Assembly: GCA_904063045.1 (NCBI GenBank)
Contig: CAJFCJ010000021.1
Coordinates: 310,001-374,000 of the forward strand
From: Dimorphilus gyrociliatus
Lineage: Eukaryota; Animalia; Annelida
DNA length: 64,000 bases
Reading direction: 5' to 3'
Positions 25,413 to 39,517 of this stretch are shown here, one piece after another. The position numbers and the translations under genes are program-made. The notes beneath the pieces were generated by a model. It saw only the letters and a program-made list of their open reading frames with translations, searched no databases and was not told the origin of the DNA. How positions within the stretch are numbered: position 1 is the stretch's first letter; each line of letters starts with the position of its first letter.

Positions 25413-27206
25413 TGTACTTGAATACAATATATATGCTATTATTTCTTACTTTCAGAAGCTTTCCACTTCTAAATGCTATCATTTCTAAGAAATGCTCCGA
25501 GTCTCTCCAGTCCTTTACTTTATACAACTTTTCAAGGTAGTCTTTTTTTGCTCTAGTTAAAATTTCATCAATATGTTGTTCAGGCATATGAACATTTTCT
25601 ACTCTGACCTATGGAAGAAGAAACGCACAAAATATAGCATTTAAGTCTTAAAAGTTGGTAGTTTAGTCATTTATATAATAGTAATTTTTACTTACAACTC
25701 CTTTCAGCACTATTTCAGTTTCAGTATCTCCAGTGGGGTAAACAACACCAGGGCAATCAATTAAATATATTCTTCTCATTAAAGTTACATATTGCCACAC
25801 CTAATCAAATAATAAACTTACTACTTTTTTTTACAGTTTAATGTGATATAATAACCTTAGTTTCACCAGCAATTGGAGCTACTTTGCAAACTTTCTTCTC
25901 TCTTAAGGCATTAATAATTGAACTTTTCCCGACATTTGGATATCCGATGAAACCCACACTTATTTGGCGTTTGTCAGCATGCAACTAAAAAAAACCCATC
26001 AATGTATTAATTGAAAAAGAAACTTATTTTTATACTTTTGAAAACTGTCGCAGTAAGTTTATCATTGCCCCTTTTCCGAATGGATTAGTTATACTCGCAC
26101 GAAAAGCCAAAGTTGGATAGCTTTCAGATAGAATGGCGACCCACTTTTGCTGTTTAAAGACATATTTTTCAATAAAGTATGTACTTCGTTTTCAACACTT
26201 ACTGTAACCCAAGTAGGTACAAGATCACACTTGTTTAATACAAAAAACAATTGCTTGTAGCCTTTCTCTTTTTTCAAGTATTCCTCAATATGCCTACTCC
26301 TGGTACCAATTGGATCACGGGCGTCTAAAACTTGAACAACAATATCAGATGAGTCGACAACTTTGTAGAGTTCGTTCCAGATTCTTTTAGATTGGCCAGC
26401 TTTAAAAATAGGCTGCATTGGTTCATCTCTGACTCCAGTCTCTTCTTTAACAATATCTCGATCGTCATCGGCTTTATATTTGTCTACAGATTCTTTAGCA
26501 CTCTTTAGCAATTCCTATATTTAAATAATTATACTGCATATTTTTCTATATAATTCTCAGAATTCTAAAAACAACTACATACATCCATATCTGAAATGTT
26601 CAGATTAGGTCGTTTTCTTTGCTTCCTTGGTCCGAATGTATTCTCAAAACTTTCTGTTTCCAATATATGCACTCGTTTAAACTGATGATGAAAAAAAATG
26701 ATATAATAAGGAGAAAAATTTTGTGAACATATAAAAACCTTTGCTGTCTCATTTAATAGTGTTACTGGTACTTTTGTTTGTCTCATGACAACTTTATAAG
26801 GATCTTTTTTAACTTTATCCATCTCATCTTTAAAGGTTTGTAAAGCATTCTGACTTATAACACGAGTATTTCCAAACCATTTTCTATTTGGTTCCACTCT
26901 TGCAACTGTTCCAGGTGTTAATTTGGATTGGAACAACGCTGGTCTGACAACCTTTCCTTTAGAGTCCCTCTTTGCTTTTCCACCTTTATACATCTGAAGT
27001 CTCTTTATGGTGGCTTTGTCTCTCATATTTTGACCTCCTGATCCTTCGGTTCTTTCTGCAATTGATCAAGATTTTTCATTATCGCCCGTAAACTTGCTTA
27101 AATTTTTAAAAAATCCTTTTTACTAACCTGGATTCATACTATGTTGGGATTTATTAATCCCCGTAGGGGTTCTAGGGGTAGAAGGCTTCTTTCTTACTTT
27201 ACCCAT
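24460..27206 (-). CDS. GNL2: Nucleolar GTP-binding protein 2 (Nog2/NGP-1)
   Basis: NGP1NT domain ([14 protein letters not shown]...[15 protein letters not shown]), [19 protein letters not shown]4 [17 protein letters not shown] and [17 protein letters not shown]. Confidence 0.97.
25371..25408. repeat. (TA)n microsatellite in a GNL2 intron; others at 30655-30710, 50499-50627 (TA/CT/GT) and 58543-58577
   Basis: Directly visible dinucleotide runs. Confidence 0.95.
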
Positions 27207-27666
27207 TTTGTAACAATAACTTTGACTTTTTATTAGAAAAAATATCTAAAGGATCTAAGACATGTGCTTACGTATATCCAATAGTCATCAAGAAAAATTC
27301 TCGAATCGAGCGATAATATAGTATTTATAAACTAAGCCTCTTTAAAATTTTCGTATTTTTTACAGTAAATGACTTTTATATATTACACATTTACGTAAAT
27401 ATATAATAATTACGGAGTCATTTTAAATTTTATTCTTCGAAAAAATTTAATACGTGGGTTGGGAAATTATCGTAAATTAGTTTCTTGATTGACTGCCCGT
27501 GTTGTTTAGAAAAAAAATATCATTCTATTTAAAGATTTCTTAGCACGAAGTTAGATTGGAAATATTTTTCTGGATTCTTAATAATTTCTTACTTACAGAC
27601 TTCGTAAATAAATGAAGAATTTTATAAATCTTAAATAATTTCTTATTGTTATTCTAGGAAATCATT

Positions 27667-30600
27667 ATGGTTCTGAAGGTGAATTTGCTCTATTTTAAAA
27701 TTAATTCGATTAATTATTTATATGTATTTTCTAGCTATTTTCTGTGTCGGGTACAATTAAGAAAAGACTGCTCTGTATAGTGCTCCTTGTTGCCTTGGTC
27801 GTTGTACTATTTTCATTATTGTTAGACAATTCGCAGAATAAGAAAAAAGACAGAAAATTGATTGAAAATTTTAAACCACTCGATACAAATTCTCCGGCAC
27901 CTTTCGATCCGGTAAGTTTATGCTTTGTAAATCGTTTTGCTAATCAATAGAATTTATCCAACCCTATTTTATTCGTAGGAAATCATTCCGAACTTTGTCG
28001 GCAATAAAAATAATAAAGATGCAGAAAAATCAACACTTCACGTTGAAAGTGAAAAACACAATGTAGAACCCGAAAGAAACATTCCTCCACGGTTCTTAAA
28101 GAAGCCTACAACAGAAAAAGTAAGTATAAATAAAAATCTGCCTTGATAGTTATAATGTGGAATGTTGATTAAAGAGTAAGTCATCTCGTGTACCGGTCAA
28201 CGTGGCTGAAACGATCGAATTTAAAGGTTAGAATCTTTCTCATAAATACTTTACGTGTTGCTAAAGCAAATGTGTTGTTTACAAAAGTTTTGTTTGTATT
28301 TATCTTAAGATATTTTGAAATTTGGATGAGGTAAATGGAGGAATGTATTCTTAAATGATCTCTGAATGTGTTTTAACACTTAACCTAAAAACTTATCTGT
28401 AGAAATGAGAACTTATAATAAGAAAGATCTGTCTTCTTAAATTGATAATCGTTTTATGTCGGTGCATTTAATAATCGTCTCTTATTACAAAAGATTTGCA
28501 TCTGTTGTCAATAAGTATACATTGCGAAGATAATCAATTTACAAATTTCGCCGAGAACGTATATGGGAACTTTTTTTCCCGGTTTACTAATATTTACTTT
28601 GTTCAAAATGCTAATATTGAACATAATAAATTAATTTCGGATGACATCATCCTTTTAAATTCATCGAATTGATAGAGTTTAACAAAAGAATATTTCATGG
28701 ATCACGTGAAATCTGCTAAATATAATGCACTTTACCACTCGGATAAATTAATAGTAATTAAATATTTCTATCTCAGTAAACATTTATGTTTTAACTGAAT
28801 CAAGTTTATAATTTTGTTTAATTTGTTTTGTAATTAACTCATGTTTAATAAATAGAACATTATTTACCTTATTGCTTTTGTAGGCTTACATATTACTATT
28901 TTAATAACTAATTCTTCGTTTACAAAGCAAAAAATCAAATAATAAAAGTGACACCTGTTTTTTCTCAAGGGCCATCTAATAAAGAACAACAAGAAATTGT
29001 CAATGCATTCTTACATGCCTGGAGAGCATATGAAAAATATGCCTGGGGAAAAGATGAATTACATCCATTGTCTAAATCAGGAGGAACTTGGTTCAATTGT
29101 GGTCTTACCATACTGGATAGTTTAGATACAATGTGGATAATGAATTTAAAGGATGGTATGTCACTGTTACTAGCTATTAAATAGACTGTACGATATTATT
29201 TGCTAACGCATCATTTATTAATGAATTAGCTTGAAATACTTTTCTTACCTTACATGCAAAATTGAAAGACTTTTTTATTAATATATGCCAGAATTTGCAA
29301 AGGGACGCAAATGGGTAGCTGAAAGTCTCAGGTTTAATCATCCCCATGTACAATTATTCGAGATTGTGATCAGGGCCCTTGGTGGATTGTTGAGTGCATA
29401 TCATTTTTCAGGAGATGCAATTTTCGCTGAAAAAGCGGTAAGATTAATACTTTCATATCATGACTTGCAATAAAACTTCTTTCTTTTTTTCGATTATATA
29501 GAGAGATTTAGGCAATAAGCTAATGCCATGCGTCAAAGCTGGCCTTATTCCATGCCGTTTTGCAGATCTGAGTGTAAGTAATATAAATAATTTATATGTA
29601 CTGTATATATAAATAATAATCGCTTTATAGAAGAGGGATAGTATTTTGTCTATTGTCTAAAATCTAGTAGTTTAGTTTTCACTATGTTTCATGTACTATA
29701 AAAGCTTTATAAAACCAATAGATTCCATATGAAAATTTAATGTTATTATTGAGTGTGAAAGATAAACCATGAACATTTATTTATCTCATCGTTTATGGGT
29801 ATAACTACTATCTTCTCTCAATTATAATCTATATTTATTATCTTTTTCAGCCTATTTCTTTTTAATTATGTTTTTATACCTTAGAAAATTTAACTCTTTA
29901 TATATAAATAGTTGAAAAATAACGGCTCTTAGACAAAGTAAACTATTTTCTATTAGTTACCACACATATATGCAGTACATATATATATATATCAACCACT
30001 TGTGGTTTGACTGATTATTCCTGTAATTGTTTTAACTTTTATTTATTTAATGTTTTAGAATCCTAAATCAAATAGAATTGGTGACCATTCAACTGCAGAG
30101 GTTGGAACAATTCAATTAGAATTTAGAGATTTGGCAAGAGTTTTTGAAGATAAATCTTATGAGGTTTGTAACCAATAAACTTTGTTTATTTTTCTTTGGT
30201 GTTTCTTATAATGAGAAATATAATTATTTGCAGGATCCAGTAAACAATATTATGAGGAGATTAGGATCAGCAGACAAGTTTGACGGTCTTGCTTCTGCTA
30301 ATGTAAACTCTCAGGGAGAATATCAAAGATCTGCTACTGTAGGCGCTGGGGCCAGCATTGATAGCTATTACGAATACTTGGTGAAAATGTGGCTACAAGG
30401 TGGAAAGACCGAAAATGAGTTTGTTTTTTTTTTTTGCAATATATCCTCTTAATTTAATTAATTGTTAATAATTTCTTAATCAAAGTTTGAAAAAGGACTA
30501 CATAACATTCGTGGGTGGTATGAAAAGACATTTATTGAAATATACAAAGCCTGGTAATTTAGCATTCGTTGGGAGTCTCAACGGATTCCATGGCTCTTTT

Positions 30601-30669
30601 AGAAGCGAAATGGTAAGTCGATTGTCAATATTATACATATAAATTTATATATTTTTGTATATATATATA

Positions 30670-30717
<48 letters not shown>

Positions 30718-32370
30718 TGTGTGTCGAATATGGATTTAATATGACGAGTATTTGAAAGGAAAAACACTATTGCATACAATAATTTATTAACAAATAGAGG
30801 ATTCATACACGTGTAAATGACTCACATGTGCGTTGTGTATTAATTCTGAGTGTGTTTGTATGTTTAGACATGCGTTAGCAATTAAAATTTCTACCAATTA
30901 CATAATTTATTATTGTAAACTACGTTTCTCATTTGTATTTTAATCGAGTTTCAATTTCTCCAGGAACATTTAGCATGTTTTCTACCTGGAACAATGGCAC
31001 TAGGTGTAATGAAAGCAAATATGCCAAAAGACCATTTGGATATAGCTGCCCAATTGACAGAGACTTGCTACCAAATGTACGTGAAGCAACCAACTGGATT
31101 AAGTCCTGAAGTTGTATATATGAATACTGACCCTGGCAGTTCCAGGGATTTCGGTCAATCTGTAAGTGCATTATAATTCATATTATGATAATTTCTGTTT
31201 ATTTCAAATTTGTGTAATATCAAAACTTGTTAGGGCTATAAGATATATTTATGACCCATTTTGCGGTTTCGGATTCGGTACTAGGGAATATAAATAATTT
31301 ATAAGATGTTATTTTAAGAAAGATAATCATCTGAATATATTCCTAAGTGGAATAGGCTGGATGAGGGAAAGGTGGGGAGGGGGAGTAAGTTCTGTCACAT
31401 AGCTTTGCGTGTTTCGGCGAATGGCAAATATCTAAAAAAATATGTAAATTTTACATCATTAATGTCAACAGAATCTAGTCCAAGTTAAACAAGTGATGTA
31501 TATAACGATAAAAGTGCAGATATTTATAGATGAATATATAATGCATCGTACATTGTATCCATTTTTACTGCTTTTTTTCTATTATAGTAATTGAAAGATT
31601 TTATTATCGAAAATATCTTTATTTAAATGAAAGTATTATTTGATTTAATCTCTGTAGAAAACTGTATAATTAGATAATTAACTCGGGATATTAGTCTTCG
31701 TTCGTGAGCGGAAATTTTCCGCTTCGGTGATAAAGTGACTTTGCTTAGAAACGGACTCTGGAAGAATCTCTTTATCCTTCTTTTAATGACATTTTTATAG
31801 ATTCATAAACTGAATGACATTCTGTCAAAGAACAATTTTTTTCTCACTTTAGATAATTCATTATCTTTACTGGAAAAATGTAAATGCTTACAAAAGAAAA
31901 AGCAAGTCACTTATTAATTTAAAAAATTAAGACCTAATTACCGTTATTCCATTCATCGTATATTAAATTTCTATTTTTAGATATGTTGGCGTCTATAAAT
32001 TTGCATTTGTTTCTCACAGGCTGGACCCGCTTATAACATTCAGAGACCAGAAGCTATTGAGTCAATATATTATATGTATAAAGCTACAAAAGATAAAAAA
32101 TATCGCGATATGGGCTGGAAGATCTTTAAAGCATTTGAAAAGTATACTAAACTCTCTGAAGGCTATGATTCGATAGACAACGTTTATGACTCAACAAACC
32201 CTGGTCATAGGAATAAAATGGAAACGTTCTACTTAGCAGAAACACTTAAGTATTTGTATCTACTTTTCGATGATAACGATGAACTGCCTCTAGACAAATG
32301 GGTTTTCAATACCGAAGCACATCCACTACCGGTATATAAACCTGATTTTTGGGATTCTATAGGCAAATGA
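27667..32370 (+). CDS. MAN1B1: ER mannosyl-oligosaccharide alpha-1,2-mannosidase (GH47)
   Basis: Type II TM (RLLCIVLLVALVVVLFSLL), AFLHAWRAYEKYAWGKDEL, LTILDSLDTMWIM, FEIVIRALGGLLSAY, TAEVGTIQLEF, DSYYEYLVKMW, QRPEAIES and METFYLAETLKYLYLLF...NTEAHPL. More than ten exons. Confidence 0.95.
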
Positions 32371-34839
32371 GAATAAGGTATTGTTGATTTATATACTCTG
32401 CAGCATTCATCTTTTATGCAGTATCGTTTTTAAAATAACAAATAGACAACACACTATTTCAAATGTTAACATGTTTTAATAATTATTGTGCCATGACCAT
32501 ATCAATGGAAATGCTATAAAAAATGATATTATATCGTGAATTCCGTACCTTTTACGTCATTTTTCTGCTGTATAATATTTATACAGATGGCATCAGTTGT
32601 TTAGACATTCTGTTTGACACAAACCACTTTAATTGTTAAAGAAGACTATTGTAGTGTTGAACATTGAATATTTTGTGAATAATATTTCTGTTTTTCGTTC
32701 TTAGGCATAATGCACAAAATTATCAAGTATTTGCTTTCTTGTTTATACTCTATATAATGTATTGTGACCTTTGATATTATTACTGCTTTATGATAGACAA
32801 TCCCTAAAAATAGAAAGAAAGGCTATAAAGGAAGTTAGCTTTATTTATGCAATATACGACAAACACAATGTAGACATGTACAGTATTTTGTTAAGAATAC
32901 ATTGTCTGGTAAGATTTGTCCAATAAATGCAAAATAAATTGTAAACTCTGTAGTTTATATTTGCTACACTGCTTTTTAAGTTATTTTACAGAAAGAAATC
33001 GCATATGTTACCAAAATACCGAGTAATAGGTTACTTATTCAAGTTTAAAGTCATGATAGCAATTGTTTGATACGAATATTCTATTCTTTCCATGATTATC
33101 TAGTTCAGTGCAGAGAAAAAGCAATTGCCCCAGTTTTCTTTTCTAGACAGTGACAGGCAATGACTCGGAATAGTTCTCTGTAAATTCAATTTATCCTGTT
33201 TAGAATAAGTAAAGAATTCCTTGTAAAGTTTTAACTTTATTAAAAATCCGGAGACGTTATCTGGAAGAAAGCTTTTCAGATGCTAATTTGCATAAACTAT
33301 TCATGAAAGTTAAGTTTTAATATGCAATATATATATATATATATTAAGAGAATTTCGAACGATTATTTAAGGTTTTAATAGTATTTCCTTATTTATTCTA
33401 CAGTTTCTTATTTGAAGAATATTAAGTAGATTGAGATAAAGAATATCTATTTCACCTTGGAGAATTTGGTAAATAAGACTCATCTAACAAGATGAGGGAA
33501 GAAGAAATACGAACATATGCAAAGAGAAATTTCCCTCTGTAGACTTCTGCGAGAGCAATAGCTAATATATTACCAAGAGATATTTTTTATTATAAATAAT
33601 ACAATAATGATGTAATCCCTTAAATAGTTTATCCTTATGAAAGGACTCTCTCGTTGTCTTTATTGAACTATCGATGATCTCGATTTGTCTGACCGAAGGT
33701 TGCAAGTGTCATACCATTTGGATTGTTATTATCAAAACACGCCCTTACCCAGTTATAAATCACAACTTCCATCAATCATTATCTCTATAGTAAATCTACT
33801 GGGATCCTTGACCTATTTCTTATCTGGATGATTTTGTTCAAATTTCTAACCGAAAAACCCCTATATATTTTTTCCATTAAGTTTTCTTTGATACTGTAGA
33901 TGTCACTGATAAACCATCTCTCACCAAACCTATAATGATAACAACGATTTTCCATAGTTGTTTATCATCTTATTATGGAATTGAGTAAAAAACACATTTA
34001 AATTCTTTAGTAAGGAGTCGATAACCCACTTATTCTAAAAGTCAATTCTAAATCGATGAATTTCTATGAAATTGACTAAAAAGCAAAAATAATAATTCAA
34101 TAGTGTTTACGTTCCGTTCCAAATATGATCGTCTCATTGAATTTTAATATGAAATTGTTAAGCAAGTATTGATTCATCAATAATATCCTTAAATACACTA
34201 CAATGATGGAAAATACTATTAAAATTAAAACCTAATTAGTTATAATATTATATTAAAAAATTTTACGGTTTATTAAGAAACATTTAATAAAGTTGTTTGT
34301 CAATCGATTTTCTTCAAGTAATGCAAGTCTTTCTATAAAGGTCAAACTAGCTATCTAATAAAAATTCTTCGAATTTTCATATAAGATACATAATCATTAG
34401 ATAAAAAATTGGATAGAAGATTGATGATGATGTATGATATTTGAAAAACTATATTGAACGATCAATTTATATTAAACTTGCTTAAAAAGATATATGGTAG
34501 GTATTTTAAGATTGTATTCTTTCAACACCTTTGTAGAATTCACTTGGATATATCATTTTTATTATAGGAACGTTTCTTTAAGAGAAATTCCCGTACGTGT
34601 TTAACTGTGATCAAAACCGGAAGTTTATAAGGAAGTTTCATATATTTCTTCTTCTCTTCTTCTTCCTCTTTCTTCTTATTATTGTAAAGAAGTATATTGC
34701 TTTTTACTAAAATGTTTCAAGAAGAACAGTGTATAATATACTGTATATGAAATACACATTCTAGATATCTTATTCTTATAAGTGATGTCATCAAGATTTA
34801 AATTAATTATTAAAAATCTTCACTAAATTCTTGGTGATA

Positions 34840-35555
34840 ATGAATGAAAATGACGAAAAGAAGAGATTAAATACCAACAAAACATCAGCAAAAAGAAGAT
34901 CACCAAGCCCTAGACCATTTATTTTTTCTACCATTACCAAATCTGATAACTTTGATATTAAAGAGAGATTAACGACAAATAGCATACTGTCTGAAAAAGC
35001 ACAATTTGATAAAGATATTGAAAGAACCGGGAATATTGTTGAAAATACAGACTCCCAATTAGCTAATGTCAATAGATCGTCATTTAATAGATCATGTAGA
35101 AGGCTATCATCTTATGTTGATGAGGATGATGTTTGTTTTCAATTATTAATAGCTATTTCTACAGACTATTCTAATAATACATTATTTGATTAAACGCAGG
35201 AGTTGACTGGTCCTTATTTAGTCCATAGAAAAAATCGTCAATATGCAAGTAGGTAAATTGCTAACATACTCTCTCTCTCTCTCCCTGTTTGATATTCTAA
35301 TCATTTTATTGTTTATTAGGAAAGTCCGCTGATTCTGACTTTGGCCAAAGATTTAGAAGATTAAGTAGTGAGATTGGATATAGTTCCGAAAGAACTGATA
35401 TTGCTAACGCTGGAATTATACCGGAAGCTTTATTGAACGATATCGGTTCTTCTGTTGATGGACTTGATAGCGATAATCGAAAAGATATTAGAAAAAAATA
35501 TCAAGTTATTGATGATGAAGATTTCGGGCAAACTGATCTGAATGTAGAATATTGA
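34840..35555 (+). CDS. Uncharacterised hydrophilic protein (about 210 aa, 3 exons)
   Basis: Exons join in phase: ...RRLSSYVDEDD|ELTGPYLVHRKNRQYA|RKSADSDFGQRFRRLSSEIG...DFGQTDLNVEY*. Confidence 0.6.
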
Positions 35556-35811
35556 TTGGTCAAAAAGTGTGATATTTTCGTATAAAAAAAGAAATCCAAT
35601 TTCAGACATAATCGTTACTTGCAACATCAATATTGCTGTAGACGCGTTTATAGCCATTATTAGGCCAAATATTGATCAACCCATATTAAAATTCTAACAA
35701 ATTAATAACTTTAAAGAAAATCAGTAAAATAATACAAAAACAAGGAAATATAATAGTGAAAAAAGATCGTTTCCTAGAAATGTAACATCTGCATTAACAT
35801 TCTAATTCCAT

Positions 35812-38682
35812 TTAACCTATGTTTAGTACACTTTGGTTAACTTCATCTGGACATAATTCACAAGCCACTATATGCTCAACAACTTCGTCCGTCAGCTCAA
35901 ATATATCATTTGCAACCTCGTTTAGACAATCGTCTAAAATGTCCTCGCATAAACTGCAGAAAAATAAATACTAATGAATATAAATATTTTATGAAATAAA
36001 CAGTTACATTAATTAATTAAAATTTTAAAAACTATTGAAATATTGTTTATACGATTACCTGTCAACAATTTTGTTTGGATCAAATTTGTTACTTTCTCTT
36101 CGTTCAGAGGCTTGCTTCATAATAGCAGAAGAGGCCGTAGTCGTTAAACTAATTTTTATCTTTTTTAGAGGTTTCGTTGGCGCATTAATTTTTCTAGGAG
36201 AAGGTTTCGGTTTTGGAGCAAGAGTAATTAATTCACCCTCGAAGAATGGGCCAAAAGGTCTAATTATAATGAATAAGCTCAATTACATTTATAATAAGAA
36301 GGATAGACACTTACTGAGGTTCAGGGTTCTTTGACAGGAATTGCTTTGGGATATATTCTTCAATCTCTTTTTCTTCTTTTCTTTCCAATGATACTCTTTC
36401 CGAGTTGTAAGCTTTGTGTTTAATTAATCGTTGCTCGATTTCATCCCTTTCTTCCTATTAAAATTGAATAAAATAAACAAAATTCGCCTGAGATTTTAAA
36501 GCTAATTTTTACTTGAAAAAGGGCCAATTTCTTTTGAAAGTCATCAGCAACAACAGAGTCCAAGGACATCGTTGATTGATTTATGCTAATCATCTGAAAA
36601 ACAAAAAATATGTCGAATGTACTTGTCATCTATAAAGCATATCTGACCATAATGTATAATATATATTCAAGACTAAATAATAATATACCGAATTAGAACA
36701 CAAGCTAGCTGTATCAACCTCAACCGCAGCAACCTAGAGAAAAAAATAACAGTTGTAGTTTCCTAATATAGACTTAAAGACATTGCTGTGAGGAAAGATT
36801 TCCCGGTTTTTACCTTTTTTTCAACCTGTAACAGGGAAAAAACGATTACCAATACAGAAAAAATATTTTTATTAATTAAGTATATTTTTAAATATTAAAT
36901 CGTAACATTCTACTCCCCAGTAATTATCTTTATGATTAATTACCTTATTAGGCTTAGTTGTAATAGATTTTGGATGAGAATGAAGGACAGACTTCTGAGG
37001 TTTACTAGAATTAATTAAGAATTCAATAAAAAATAGTGCAAAAACACACAACAAAATATAATGTATTTATCACCTTTTTTCATCAGTTTGTTTCATAACT
37101 GAAACTATTGTTGGTTTTCTGTTTTATGATAAATGCTTTTTCAGTACGCTTGTCATAATGCATTGTGTTTGTTAGAACTTACCGAAATCCCCTACCCGAT
37201 AAGGTTTGTTTGACAACTTTCTTCTTTTTAGCTTGTTTTACTGGAGCAGTATCAAGTTCTTTATCTATAGAAAAGACAGTTTAGTACTTGTATGTATGTT
37301 TATATAGTTAAAAATGAATTAGAAACAAAATGTTAGACTAACATGCTTCTATCAGATCAATAAATCTTTTATCAATGTCTGCGGAGGAGAGTTTTGCAAT
37401 TGCCTGTGTGGATGTGATGGATTTGACCTTCTAAAAAAAATTGAAGTTTTAAATGGCATTTTCCTCTCTTATGATGATTTCAACCTTTTCACAAACTTTT
37501 TCTTCAACTTCCTGAGATCTTACAACCTTTGGAGGACATTCTATATCATATTCAGGGCAAATGACATCCAGTTCATTCCGAATTGTAAAAATACTCTAAA
37601 AAATTAATTATGATAATTTGAAGTTCAATAATGAAAATTATCATCACTATTACTTCATAAGGTGATGGTAATAAATAGTTTTCCACTTTAACAAATGGGA
37701 GTACAGTCCAAAGTGTTTTCGCTACGTTAAGTATTTCATTCATGCATCGAATCAGTCGTGTGTATTGAGAAATGTTATTCTGAAAGGTTGAAAACTTTTG
37801 ATAAGCTAATTCAAATTGACAATAAACTATACCTTATTAAGTTTACTAGTAAGAGATTTCAGATCATCTTGAATAGTATAGCATTTTCTTTGGCAATGTC
37901 TCATTGCTAAATTAGCTTTATTACAATTTGTTAAAAATTCTGATTCTGTCATTTTCTTTTTCTGATCTCTTCCCGCATTAAATCCTCTCTTTATCAATCG
38001 TATGATATCATCCATACGTACTAAAACTTCTTCCAAATTTTCTCTTACGCATTTTCCATCAGCCCTGAGTGTTCTTATTTTAACTTCACTTGATACCAAA
38101 TTCTGAGAATTCCACTTTTCTTGCCCTTTTTGATAATTATTCTACTTGATACATCTTTACACTAGACAAAATAGCACTTACTTAAAGACTTGTGAACGTT
38201 TGGTACAGGTTTTGGGGGTTCGTTTTCTTCTCTTTCTTTTCCATAACGAGAACAAAATCTGACCTATATTTGGACAATTAATTAATGGTTTTTATTAGCC
38301 ATAATAATATTAGTTAACACTTATTAGCGAACCTTTCGATACTTGTCAGTTTTCGAATTTTGTTTATTCTTTTTCGGACTCAAAGATTTTCTTTCCATTT
38401 CCTTTTTTAAATCGCACTTTGCTAAAAAATGACATTTTTCCAAAAGATCTTCTCTAACAACTTTAAAATGGGAAGTATCCTTTTTAAAATACAATTCAAA
38501 ACATTCAAATATTGAGCGATAATACATATATTTTAAAGAATTCTTACAGAAGTCGCTTTTGGTATACGTTTTTCAATTATAATAGGTGCATTAGTTTTCC
38601 TAATAACTGGTTCATTAATATTGAAATTTGTTGAATCCTTCAAACAGAATAAGAACTGATTATCCCTATTCGGAATGGCCAT
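35812..38682 (-). CDS. KIAA0753: Moonraker/OFIP-like centriolar satellite protein
   Basis: N-terminus RDNQFLF...RKTNAPIIIEKR and C-terminus NKFDPNKIVDR|FARTFLDDCLNEVANDIFELTDEVVEHIVACEL resemble, from memory, the two conserved ends of KIAA0753 (NQLQFN...[33 protein letters not shown]). About 11 short exons. Confidence 0.6.
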
Positions 38683-38794
38683 ATCAACAAACCCAAACAA
38701 GCTTCGACTCGGAATTCTTTACCAAATAGTCCAGTGAGAACGGGTAAATTGTGTTTACGATGAAAAACGATTAAAATTTGACTTTCAATCGTTT

Positions 38795-39425
38795 ATGTTG
38801 TAAAATTATAGGATATCTTATAGTTGATGTACGTATATGAGTGTATATTATCTTTTTTCTTAGAGATCATTAGAACACTTGATTGAGTAATCTATTAATA
38901 TTGCGTATGACTAGACGATATTTCTTTTTCTATTCGAGTCTTATAATTCGATATACCTTTTTTGCAGGTCGTATACAAATAAACGTCCAAGAGAGGATGC
39001 GGATGATAGCCTTCCTATTTCTAAGCGTTTTAATGGACTACGATTGAATCAAGGGTTTGTTGGTTATACATTCTTAACGGTTAAAGGGAGATATTTTTAA
39101 ATAGACATTCTTTCTTTTTTTTTTTAGGAACGATTCAGCACACATTCAACAAGAAATTCCAAATGTATGTATTTTATTATAAATTTCCTTCATAATTGTA
39201 AAATAACTTGTATATTATTTTTAGAACCCCATTTTAAACAATATCAATCACACTTCCGCTAACGTTTCTACTGCTTCAAAAAGTTCAAACAACTCTGTGG
39301 CTTCTAATTTACAATCCTACGCTCCTGATTTAAATGAAGAAGAGAATCCTCATTATTATCGAACGAACGAAATACTATTCAATGCTTTTTTACAAAGGAC
39401 GTCTAGAAACGGCAATCAGTATTAA
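38795..39425 (+). CDS. FAM104/VCF-like small nuclear p97 cofactor (putative)
   Basis: Spliced product has NKRPREDADDSLPISKRFNGLRL (NLS-like) and C-terminal PDLNEEENPHYYRTNEILFNAFLQR, which resembles the FAM104 C-terminal helix (YFHINQTLREAH). The start exon is uncertain. Confidence 0.5.
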
Positions 39426-39517
39426 AAAAAAAAGTGTTAACTTATTGAATTAAAAGATATTTTGTAGGAAAAGTTGGTTTTTTATATTCTATTTAATAAC
39501 AAAGTAGAAAAAGTACA

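Noticed and set aside
17893-27206. Operon-like run of co-oriented minus-strand genes (GNL2, RARS2, histone fold, two GPCRs)
   Set aside because: No spliced-leader evidence is visible, the histone-fold ORF has its own promoter-like motifs, and the functions are unrelated.
33400-34000. Slightly GC-richer stretch that looked like a decayed gene
   Set aside because: All six frames are interrupted by stops and no family motif was recognisable.
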